A DNA stretch of 64,000 nt, taken from the NCBI GenBank assembly GCA_040261535.1, contig JBDQNU010000006.1, positions 3,033 through 67,032 of the forward strand. Direction: 5' to 3'. The position numbers and the translations under genes are program-made. Shown here piece by piece: positions 1-8,427 of the stretch (position 1 is the first letter of the stretch; every line of letters starts with the position of its first letter). The notes under the pieces are model-generated. The model was not told the DNA's origin and searched no databases. It saw nothing but the letters and a program-made list of their open reading frames with translations. This stretch comes from Poseidonia sp. GTDB lineage: Archaea > Thermoplasmatota > Poseidoniia > Poseidoniales > Poseidoniaceae.

Positions 1-1411
1 TTGGTTCAACGGAGCCCCAGAAGGCGTAGACAGGGTTTCCTTGATCGTCAGAGGCGTCGGACGATTGCAAGTAGAAATCCATCTCGTCCGAGCCGTCTGC
101 ACAGTCTTCCCATCCATCGTTGACCGACCAGATGTTGATGACTTCGCCGTTGTCGCAGGTCCACTCGTATTCGCTGTTGTCATACTCGTGGTCATCGCCT
201 TCGGCAGAACCGAACCACTCCTCGAGCAAGTCTCCGACGGATTCGTCAAGTTGCGCTTCAACGTCTTCAGCGACGGCTTCCCCGAAGGCGCTGCTGGAAT
301 AAGCGAGCACGTTTCCGAGCAGGCTGAACATCACGGGGTTTCCGGGTGGGCAGGAGTCGCAGCCTTGTGCGGCCACCGGAGTGCCGTCACCGAGGTCAAC
401 TTCGAGGGCTTCCTCCATCATCGAGAACACAACCCATCCCATCTCTGCATCTTCTTCGTAGTCGCCGGAGTTTTGGAACGCATCCGATATGGTGAGGTCA
501 AACTGACCAGCATCGAAACCAAAGTCTTCGGTTGGAAGGCCGGTAAGATAGACTTCATAGTCGGCCGAACCGGTGTACGAGCCGTCAACGAGACCGCAGT
601 CGTCGTAGACATAAGTCTCGCCCCAATCTTCTTCGTAGACGCCGATATCCATCTCGTCCTCAACACAGTCCCAGGAGGTGTAGTCGTTTTCGGCCGCTTC
701 GATGTAGATGGGGCTGGCGGATCCGAGGCGCCAAACGGCGTCTGAAGAGATGGAATACTCGAAGTTGATTCCCGTGTCAAAGTCAACGGTCATCTCCTCG
801 CCACCGCCTTCAAGGGCGATGTCAACGCCGAGGTTCATGTCGTTGCCCACCGTCATGTCAACGCCGATGTCGGCACCGACCAGTTCGTAAGCATCGTTGA
901 GGTACTCGGTGTAAAGGATGTCAACCGTAAGCACGTTTTCGGCTTCAGCGATCACGTCAATGTCAAAGGAAGTCGGGTCGCCGCCGAAAGAGGCGCCTTC
1001 TGACCAATCGGTAAGCAGCACAAAGTTGGAGAGAATGCCGTGACGCAAGGTCACGTCGCTGGTTCGGCTCCAGACTTCAAGGTCGTCGCCGTCCAAGTTC
1101 TGAATGGTTTGAGGGGTGATGTCCTCGGTCTGATGAACGTACACGTTGGTGGCGCCCGTGGTCAACTGGCCCAAGTCAAGGTTGAACCCGGCGTCCGTAG
1201 CGTCGTCCATGATTTCGGTGAAGAGGGCTTGAATGTCCAGGCCGCTCACGTTTTGCAGGTCGCTGTCGAGGCTGGTCCAGTCATATTCGACGCCGTAGTA
1301 GTATTCTGAAGCTTGTTCGGGTTGGGCTTGAACCGTTGCAAGCGGAGAAAGCGCCGTCAACAACAAAAGGGTCACAAGCAGGCCAGATGGGGTACGCCGA
1401 GGGGTGTTCAT
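1..1411 (-). CDS. Large secreted acidic protein with an LDL-receptor class A-like motif (runs off the window start; absent from ORF track)
   Basis: Manual translation from ATG at 1411: MNTPRRTPSGLLVTLLLLTALSPLATVQA (signal peptide), then an open D/E-rich frame to the window edge, including WTCDNGEVINIWSVNDGWEDCADGSDE at about 83-163. Confidence 0.85.
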   Translation of the reverse strand, partial: MNTPRRTPSGLLVTLLLLTALSPLATVQAQPEQASEYYYGVEYDWTSLDSDLQNVSGLDIQALFTEIMDDATDAGFNLDLGQLTTGATNVYVHQTEDITPQTIQNLDGDDLEVWSRTSDVTLRHGILSNFVLLTDWSEGASFGGDPTSFDIDVIAEAENVLTVDILYTEYLNDAYELVGADIGVDMTVGNDMNLGVDIALEGGGEEMTVDFDTGINFEYSISSDAVWRLGSASPIYIEAAENDYTSWDCVEDEMDIGVYEEDWGETYVYDDCGLVDGSYTGSADYEVYLTGLPTEDFGFDAGQFDLTISDAFQNSGDYEEDAEMGWVVFSMMEEALEVDLGDGTPVAAQGCDSCPPGNPVMFSLLGNVLAYSSSAFGEAVAEDVEAQLDESVGDLLEEWFGSAEGDDHEYDNSEYEWTCDNGEVINIWSVNDGWEDCADGSDEMDFYLQSSDASDDQGNPVYAFWGSVEP

Positions 1412-1486
1412 CGGTTTGGCGTTCGTTTGACTCCATTTTAAGTGTATTCCCGCCAACTTCGGAGCGTTTTTCCGGCGTCCGCCGTA

Positions 1487-2089
1487 TCAGCCGTCTCGTC
1501 GCCGACGGCACACTTCAACGAAATTTTCGAACATTTCCTTGCCAAATTCAGAATCGTTAACTTCCGGGTGAAACTGCAGGCCGAAGCGGGTTCCTTCTTC
1601 GTTTTCCATGCCTTGAACGGCGCACGAAGGGCTGCTGGCTGTCACAAAAAACCCATCGGGAACGGCGTGCACTTCATCGTTGTGCGATTCCCAGACCGTT
1701 TGGACGGGGCTGGTCCCGGAAAAAATCGTTCCCCCGCCGTTCACCAGTTCAATCTCCATGGCACCGAATTCTGGCTCAGGGGACTCTCGTGCGTCGCCGC
1801 CGTAATGCCGGGCCATGAACTGATGTCCTGCGCATATGCCGAGAATCGGGATGTCCAACGCCAAAAAAGCGGCACAGTTGCCCAATTCACCGCTCAAGCC
1901 CACCCGTGCTGCGCCTCCGGAAAGAATCAATCCGTCGAGCTCCCGGAGGTCGTCAACCGGTGTTGTGTTGTCGATGATTTGTGTGTCCACCTTCAGGTAG
2001 CGTAGCATCCGCCACTCCCGGTGAGTCCACTGGCCGCCGTTGTCAACCACATCAATGACCAGGGGGGTGTCCGTCATCGTAACCGACAT
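1487..2089 (-). CDS. guaAA: GMP synthase subunit A (class I glutamine amidotransferase)
   Basis: VDNGGQWTHREWR, catalytic GICAGHQ, and QFHPEV motifs; archaeal split GMP synthase architecture. Confidence 0.92.
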   Translation of the reverse strand: MSVTMTDTPLVIDVVDNGGQWTHREWRMLRYLKVDTQIIDNTTPVDDLRELDGLILSGGAARVGLSGELGNCAAFLALDIPILGICAGHQFMARHYGGDARESPEPEFGAMEIELVNGGGTIFSGTSPVQTVWESHNDEVHAVPDGFFVTASSPSCAVQGMENEEGTRFGLQFHPEVNDSEFGKEMFENFVEVCRRRRDG

Positions 2090-2155
2090 GCTGGCGGCGT
2101 GGAACGACCATGAACATGCCGATGCAACAAAGAGGAGGCGGGTGCTCCCCGTTCC

Positions 2156-3226
2156 ATGAGCAGAACCGTTGCTGTGGGCCTCGCGTTCTGCGTTCTCGTT
2201 TGCCTGTTGCCCGCTTCCGCAGCCTGCGAGACCGAAGTCGCCAACGCTTTGGAGGGAAAATTCCCCTCACCGACAGGCATTTCTCCGAACAAGGACGATT
2301 CCATTCGTGAATCCGTTCACCTCGCCAGCATCGGCCAGCACGTTGGTCGTGAACTGCTCTGGCAGGTGTTGATGGGGGCCAACTTGACCGAACGAGCCAT
2401 CGCTGACGAAATCAATCGCGCCATGATCGAGAACGGGTCAAACCCCGACTGGCCGTCGTTTTCGACCATCGTCGCCTCCGGGGCAAACGGCGCCATCCCT
2501 CATGGCGACCCGGCCAACGACGGCGCAGGGCCAAAACAGGTCATGGTCGGCGATGTTGTCGTCATCGACTTGGGCGGCCGGGTGAACGACTGGGTCAGCG
2601 ACGTCACACGAACCTACGTCGTTGGCGGGACGACCAACGCCACGATTCTCAAAGCCTACATGGCGGTGTACGATGCGCAAAACCTCACCTTCCCGCTCAT
2701 TGAAGCCGGCACGCCAGCGTGGGCGCTGGACGATATCGCCCGTACGCACATCGAGGAGCAGGGGTTCGGTGACCAATTCATTCATTCCCTCGGGCATGGA
2801 TTCGGCGTTTGTGTCCACGAACCGCCGTTGCTTTCCGGCGGCACGGACGACCCGTTGTTTGGCTTGTCGTACAACCAACAGCCGCTGGCCCCCTACGACG
2901 CCATCACGATCGAGCCCGGCATCTACCTCGACGGATGGTTCGGCATCCGAATCGAAGACGATTTTTTGGTGAATCAGGAGAGTCACGAGTTCTTGACCGC
3001 CGACCTGCCCCGGGATTTGGATTGGTTCCAAATTGAGGTGGACGATTACGATGCTTCGAAGGCGTTCTCTGCAGACAACGACGAAGATGCGGACGTTGAT
3101 CGTTTACTGCCTTCGCCGATCGGTTTGATCGAAATCGTGTGTCTGGTTGGCCTTGCCGGTTGGCGAAGCCAGCGTTTGAACCGGGATTTTGAAGAAGTCG
3201 ATGTTCTCAACGATGATGCACCGTGA
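2156..3226 (+). CDS. M24 family Xaa-Pro aminopeptidase/prolidase-like, secreted and C-terminally membrane anchored
   Basis: Metal-ligand motifs DLGG, SDVTRT, HSLGHG, HEPP, IEPG, RIEDD; N-terminal hydrophobic signal; C-terminal hydrophobic segment IGLIEIVCLVGLAGW followed by basic residues. Confidence 0.85.
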   Translation: MSRTVAVGLAFCVLVCLLPASAACETEVANALEGKFPSPTGISPNKDDSIRESVHLASIGQHVGRELLWQVLMGANLTERAIADEINRAMIENGSNPDWPSFSTIVASGANGAIPHGDPANDGAGPKQVMVGDVVVIDLGGRVNDWVSDVTRTYVVGGTTNATILKAYMAVYDAQNLTFPLIEAGTPAWALDDIARTHIEEQGFGDQFIHSLGHGFGVCVHEPPLLSGGTDDPLFGLSYNQQPLAPYDAITIEPGIYLDGWFGIRIEDDFLVNQESHEFLTADLPRDLDWFQIEVDDYDASKAFSADNDEDADVDRLLPSPIGLIEIVCLVGLAGWRSQRLNRDFEEVDVLNDDAP

Positions 3227-3368
3227 CGGTCCCGCAAACGCGGCACCAAACCTTCGTCCCGTCCTTTCGAGGGGTTGTCCCGGCGATGTCAATGCTCGCA
3301 CCGCACTCGCACTTGACCACGTTGTCCATGGAATCGGCGAGGAGCAGGTGCTTCATCAAGTGAACGCT

Positions 3369-4457
3369 TCAATCCCATGCGATGGTGGCTTGAAAGACCA
3401 CAAAACAACGGGTTGATGAAAAGCCTTTGACCTCTTCAACGAGCACCTCTTCGCACCGGCCGTTGGCGTCCTGGACGATGCTTTTCACGCGGTTTTCGGT
3501 ACTGGCCAATCGGGCTCGTTCAACGATGGCCCAGCCTCGCAGAAGCGAACGGTTCTGTTTTCGCAACAACGGCAGCAGGCTTGGGAGATGGTCGAGACTG
3601 TCGTGGGGAAGATTGACGAGCAAAACGTCCGCTACGCCAACCAATTCCGGTCGTTCCGACCACTTCAGCGCATCTTCACAAAACACGACCTTTGGCTCAA
3701 ATTCGGTGGTGGGAGCGGTCCAATCGGCGATGTTCAACGCAAGGAGGCCAACCGCATCCGGGTTCAAATCCCCGGCGAGGAAGCCTTCGAGAAGGTCGGG
3801 TTCGGCCAACAGAAGAGGAAGGGAAGGGCCGACGCCAGCGTAGGGGTCGGCCACCACGAGCGGGCGGTTGAGCAGCGCACGAAACCGCTGCATCGCCTTC
3901 AACGTCTCAAGGCGTTGGGTCGATAGGCGGGCGGAGAAATACACCGAGCCCGGGTCCACCCAAATCGAAACACCGTGTTCCCGAATCTGGGTTCTCGTCG
4001 ACACCGAACCGTCCCGGCTTGCAAGAGGGTTGAGTTGACGAACCCTGAATTCGCCCTCGACCCCGGCGTCCGCGCAAACCAATCGCACGTTGGGAAGCTG
4101 TTCCAACATCGCCTGAGCCATCACTTTTGCATGGGGCTCCACGTCGGGTTCAACCTTCACCATCAGAACATCGCCTTGAATTTCGTAAGCCGAAGGCCAG
4201 AACGATTCGGGGAGGTGGTGCAACTCCACGGGGAGTCGTTCGCGCCAATGGGTCGGCCCTTTCGACCGCGGTTCTGTATCAACAACCTGCATGCCCTCCC
4301 AAACCTCGTCGTCATCCGCCGGGGCAGATTGGGTCAAGGGTACCCCGCGGTGGTCGCTTTCGAGAGGCACAACACCCGTGGGGGCAAGCCAACCGTTTGA
4401 GCGACAAAACGCAAGCCACCGCTCGGTTTCATGACTCGGCACGCTCAAATGACGCAT
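3369..4457 (-). CDS. Trm5/Tyw2 (Met-10+ like) SAM-dependent tRNA-modifying transferase
   Basis: YEIQGDVL, GVEGEFRVR, VYFSARL, DPYAGVGP, VNLPH motifs; start moved to ATG 4457 to avoid overlap with dph5. Confidence 0.8.
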   Translation of the reverse strand: MRHLSVPSHETERWLAFCRSNGWLAPTGVVPLESDHRGVPLTQSAPADDDEVWEGMQVVDTEPRSKGPTHWRERLPVELHHLPESFWPSAYEIQGDVLMVKVEPDVEPHAKVMAQAMLEQLPNVRLVCADAGVEGEFRVRQLNPLASRDGSVSTRTQIREHGVSIWVDPGSVYFSARLSTQRLETLKAMQRFRALLNRPLVVADPYAGVGPSLPLLLAEPDLLEGFLAGDLNPDAVGLLALNIADWTAPTTEFEPKVVFCEDALKWSERPELVGVADVLLVNLPHDSLDHLPSLLPLLRKQNRSLLRGWAIVERARLASTENRVKSIVQDANGRCEEVLVEEVKGFSSTRCFVVFQATIAWD

Positions 4458-4494
4458 GGCCCTCGCCCTGTCCAAGCCCCTTGGAGGTTTGAGT

Positions 4495-5385
4495 ATGGCG
4501 GCGCAGAAGGGAACCAGAAACGTACTCCCGTCCACCGGGTTGGTGCTCATCGGCATCGGCATGGGAACGGTTGAAGGGTTGACCTTGGAGGCCATCAACG
4601 CCGCAAAGGCCGCCGACCACCGATGGTACGAAGCCTACACGGCGCTTTGGCCCGAGGCTTCGTTGGCGGTGTTGGAAGAAACCGTTGGGCCGGTCGAGCG
4701 GGTCATGCGCCCCGACGTTGAGGCCCCGGAGCGTTTGTTTTCATTGGCGTCCACCTCGCTGGTTGCACTTCTCGTGGTGGGCGACCCGCTACAGGCGACC
4801 ACCCACGTCGACCTCCAACTGCGAGCGATCGAACACGGTATACCGTGCGCCGTCGTCCACGGCATTTCCATCACCAACCTCGTGACCGGGGCCGTGGGCT
4901 TGTCAAATTACAGGTTCGGACGCCAAACCACCTTGACCTACCCTTACGGCGATTGGGTAGCCACATCCCCGCTCGAAGTGCTGGCGAGCAACAAGGAACA
5001 GAACCTGCACACCTTGGCTTTGCTCGATCTTGACCCAACCGGTCAAGGAACCGGCGAACAGCGCCCGATGTGCCCCGCTGATGCGGTGAACTCGCTGAGA
5101 ATGATGTGGCAGAAACTTGCCGAAGAGGACGAAGGCCCGCATGCTGACGTAAACGGCCTTGAGGCGTTTCGTCGTTTCGCCTTCACGCGCTACCTCGACC
5201 AAACGTTCGAGGACATTTCCGTCGTTCTTTGTTCGGATATGGGTACGCCTGAGCAGCAAATCGTCACGACGACCCTTGGCCAGCTCAGCGACGAGCCGGG
5301 TGGCCGCCTCAACTGTCTTGTCTTTCCAGCCAACGCGAGTGAGGTTGAAGAGAAGGCTTTGACTCGTTGGGTCCGAGGTGAGTAA
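4495..5385 (+). CDS. dph5: Diphthine synthase
   Basis: LIGIG, YEAYT, VGDPLQATTH, GLSNYRFG and LHTLALLD motifs typical of archaeal Dph5. Confidence 0.92.
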   Translation: MAAQKGTRNVLPSTGLVLIGIGMGTVEGLTLEAINAAKAADHRWYEAYTALWPEASLAVLEETVGPVERVMRPDVEAPERLFSLASTSLVALLVVGDPLQATTHVDLQLRAIEHGIPCAVVHGISITNLVTGAVGLSNYRFGRQTTLTYPYGDWVATSPLEVLASNKEQNLHTLALLDLDPTGQGTGEQRPMCPADAVNSLRMMWQKLAEEDEGPHADVNGLEAFRRFAFTRYLDQTFEDISVVLCSDMGTPEQQIVTTTLGQLSDEPGGRLNCLVFPANASEVEEKALTRWVRGE

Positions 5386-7500
5386 GTGTTCGGCCTATCT
5401 GACGAGATTGTTCTGCTCTTGTCCTTTGTGCTGTTCATGTGTTTCTTCGCTGGTGTGGGCCTTGCCTCCATGCGGGTGAAACAGGACACAACGGACGATT
5501 ACTTGGTCGCTGGCCGCGGGATGCACCCTGCGCTCGCTGCCCTCAGCGCCGTGAGCACCTGGAATTCCGGCTACATGTTCATCGGTTTCATCGGTTTCAT
5601 CTTCGTTCAGGGCTATTCCGGCATTTGGATTGGCCTTGTCTCCACCATCGGCCAAGCCGTTGCTTGGATTTGGTTGTACAAGTTCATTCAGAAAGAAGGC
5701 AACGAACGTGGCGTCCGTTCCCTTTCCTCCCTCGTCTCACGGACCACGGGTGCTCCTGAAGCAAAGTTAGCAGCAATCCTCTCCGTCGTCTTCCTGGCCA
5801 TCTACGCAGCGGCCCAGCTCGTCGCAGGCGGCGTTGCGCTCCGGGCCATGTTGGGCTGGTCCGAAGTCATTGGCATCCTCATCGGCTTTGTCTTGGTCGT
5901 GGCGTATTGTTATGCAGGCGGCATTCGAGCCTCCATATGGACCGATGCGGCTCAGTCTTGCGTGATGATCGTGGGGTCCACCATTCTCTGTTACGTCGCC
6001 GTCTCGGAAGCAGGCGGGTTTTCGGGTCTTCACCGGACCTTGGAAAGCGTTGACCCCGGCATGGTGAACCTGTTTCCTGCCGACCTCACCTTCGGCGTGA
6101 CCTTGTGGATCGGCGCCTTCTTCCTCGGTGGACTTGGCGTAGCGGGTCAACCTCAGGTGGTTTCCCGAGTGATGACCCTGAAGGACGACAAGGACCGCAA
6201 GCAAGCCGCCATCTGGTTCTTCGTCTGGCAAACTCCATTCATTGCGCTCATGTTCATCATCGGGTTGGCCTGCAGGGCGATCTTCCTCGATTTGGACGCC
6301 TCCGACGCACAAGACGGGCTTCCGTTGCTCGCCATGGAAGTGCTCAATCCCTTCCTTGCTGGCGTGATTTTGGCTTCGATCTTTGCGGCGACCATGTCCA
6401 CGGCCGACAGTCAGGTCTTGGCGTGCACGGCTGCCATTACCGATGACGTCAAGCCCGAATGGAGTCAAGAGCACAAAACCACCAAGCGCGTAACCATGGT
6501 CGTCGCCGTTCTCGTGACGTTGATCGCCTTGGGCGGTCAGCAATTCCCCGGGTTTGGCGACTCCGTGTTCGCCTTGGTCGTCTTGGCCGTGTACGGATTG
6601 GGCGGCATCTTCGTCCCCCTCTTGTTGATTCGAATGATGGGTTACGAACCCGATACCGAACACACGATTTGGATGATGGTGGCCGCCCTCAGCGCCGTGA
6701 TTGTCTGGAGCGCAAGCGGATACGGCGAGGACATCTTCCCGTCCATTCCCGCCATGAGTTCAGCCTTCGCCACGCACTTCATTCTCTGTTGGAAACGAGA
6801 AGCCTCCAACCCGAACCCGTTGGGCCGATACAGTCTGCCCACGCAACAAACGGCAACGGTTGCGGCAATAGCCATTCTCGTTCTCTTTGGAGCCTTGGAA
6901 GGCACTTACCAAGCCGTGGCCCCCGAGGGCAACGGCGGCTCGTCGGGCAACGACCCCTACCAACTCACCTACACCGTGAGCGAGTGGACCGAAAGCCAAT
7001 CCCTGACCCTTAGCGACGGCGAAACGCAAACCTTCGAGGTCTCGATCGACGAGAGCATGACGGCGGTGCTGATCGCTGAACTGACCATCACCTACACCGA
7101 TACTGGAGAAACCGGGACCCAAGCGTGTGACGAGGTCATCACCAGCCCGGATTACAGCGGCCTCGCCGGTCCGTTTTCGGAGAGCGACGACGCCGACCGC
7201 AGCACGACGGCCTGCGACACCACGACCGTCGTGGGAAGCATTCGGCCCAACGCCGACCTGAACCAATACGCGGCGGAAGGCGCGGGCGATTACGCCCTGA
7301 ACGGGACCGAGTCGGACTTGCTCGGCGTGCTTGAGATGCTGGGTACCTCTCCCGAGATGGTCGGCACCCTCACGATGGACGTCACCGTCGAGGTGAACAA
7401 CGGATTCCCCCCCATCCCCGGTGATGACGGCGAAACCGTGACCGTGACGCTGACGATGCTGGTGTTCCAACCCAGCGGCATGACGCCCCTCACAGCGTGA
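5386..7500 (+). CDS. Sodium:solute symporter (PutP/proline-like) with a C-terminal extracellular domain
   Basis: DYLVAGR, GGIRASIWTD, GQPQV, AATMSTADSQ motifs; about 13 TM segments followed by an about 200-aa acidic Thr-rich soluble tail. Confidence 0.88.
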   Translation: MFGLSDEIVLLLSFVLFMCFFAGVGLASMRVKQDTTDDYLVAGRGMHPALAALSAVSTWNSGYMFIGFIGFIFVQGYSGIWIGLVSTIGQAVAWIWLYKFIQKEGNERGVRSLSSLVSRTTGAPEAKLAAILSVVFLAIYAAAQLVAGGVALRAMLGWSEVIGILIGFVLVVAYCYAGGIRASIWTDAAQSCVMIVGSTILCYVAVSEAGGFSGLHRTLESVDPGMVNLFPADLTFGVTLWIGAFFLGGLGVAGQPQVVSRVMTLKDDKDRKQAAIWFFVWQTPFIALMFIIGLACRAIFLDLDASDAQDGLPLLAMEVLNPFLAGVILASIFAATMSTADSQVLACTAAITDDVKPEWSQEHKTTKRVTMVVAVLVTLIALGGQQFPGFGDSVFALVVLAVYGLGGIFVPLLLIRMMGYEPDTEHTIWMMVAALSAVIVWSASGYGEDIFPSIPAMSSAFATHFILCWKREASNPNPLGRYSLPTQQTATVAAIAILVLFGALEGTYQAVAPEGNGGSSGNDPYQLTYTVSEWTESQSLTLSDGETQTFEVSIDESMTAVLIAELTITYTDTGETGTQACDEVITSPDYSGLAGPFSESDDADRSTTACDTTTVVGSIRPNADLNQYAAEGAGDYALNGTESDLLGVLEMLGTSPEMVGTLTMDVTVEVNNGFPPIPGDDGETVTVTLTMLVFQPSGMTPLTA

Positions 7501-8341
7501 AGATCATGCCCTGCTCGCCCACACGCCAGCCGAGGGTCGTCCCCTCGCGCTGCTCGTCCGAATTGACGTCGTGAAGCGGGTTGGTGTGGTTCAGGTGAAC
7601 GAACACGATGTCGGGGTCACCCTCCTGGCGTCGGCCCAAACGCTCCAACGATTCCTGAACGGGCGGGTGAGGCACTTCGTTTTGCACCCTTCCTTCGAGT
7701 TCATCAGCGCTCCAAAACGTCCCGTCGATCAGCGCGATATCGACTTGCAATTGCGTCAACCACGCCCGAATGGAGGGGGCGCCATGAGTGGCGAGCGTTT
7801 CGTCCCAACGGTCGTGGTCGGGCAAAAAAAGGAGGCCGCGATTCGGCCCCCGGAAGACCAAGGCGTGCATGTCCGAAAGTTCGGCTCGGTGCGGTACTGG
7901 AACCGCTTCAACCGACAAGCCAGGCCCCAACGTGGTGGGTTCATGCCCGCTGAGCACCACGGTTGAAAAGACCCCCTGCTCGACCAAGAGCGCCCAAGCC
8001 GGCGTTGCGTTCACCAAGTTCAACATCGACGAGGAGGCGTACAGCGACAGCCCCCGTGCATTCAGTGTCTCACGACCAAAAAGGCCCAAGCCGTCCACGT
8101 GGCCAAAATGGGCGTGGGTCAGAAGCACCGAATCGATCGGAGGATGATTCCAACGAAGCAGTTGTTGGCCAAGCGCCCGTGTGGCCTCCACCAAATGGCC
8201 TCGGCCGTCATCGTCCACGAACCCCAAACTGACGGGGTCACGAACATCCACTGCGGTGAGGTCGGCGCAGCACGGCTTTGTGCACCCCGGTTGAGGGCGC
8301 CCCCCGTCCTGCGCCGTTCCGAGAAGCGTCACCGTGACCAT
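7490..8341 (-). CDS. MBL-fold metallo-hydrolase, PqqB/PhnP-like
   Basis: LLGTAQDGGRPQPGC..PCC, LTHAHFGHVDG, VPHRAELSD, IDGTFW and HLNHTNP motifs; start at ATG 8341. Confidence 0.82.
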   Translation of the reverse strand: MVTVTLLGTAQDGGRPQPGCTKPCCADLTAVDVRDPVSLGFVDDDGRGHLVEATRALGQQLLRWNHPPIDSVLLTHAHFGHVDGLGLFGRETLNARGLSLYASSSMLNLVNATPAWALLVEQGVFSTVVLSGHEPTTLGPGLSVEAVPVPHRAELSDMHALVFRGPNRGLLFLPDHDRWDETLATHGAPSIRAWLTQLQVDIALIDGTFWSADELEGRVQNEVPHPPVQESLERLGRRQEGDPDIVFVHLNHTNPLHDVNSDEQREGTTLGWRVGEQGMIFTL

Positions 8342-8427
8342 GGCGAGACGATGCGCCTTCTCGTCAAGAGGGCTTTCACGCGAAGGGCTCAAACGCATCC
8401 ACCCGCAGGGCATCAGCGGGGAGCACC

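Noticed and set aside
41..745. 234-aa plus-strand ORF
   Set aside because: Antisense shadow of the signal-peptide-bearing minus-strand gene 1-1411
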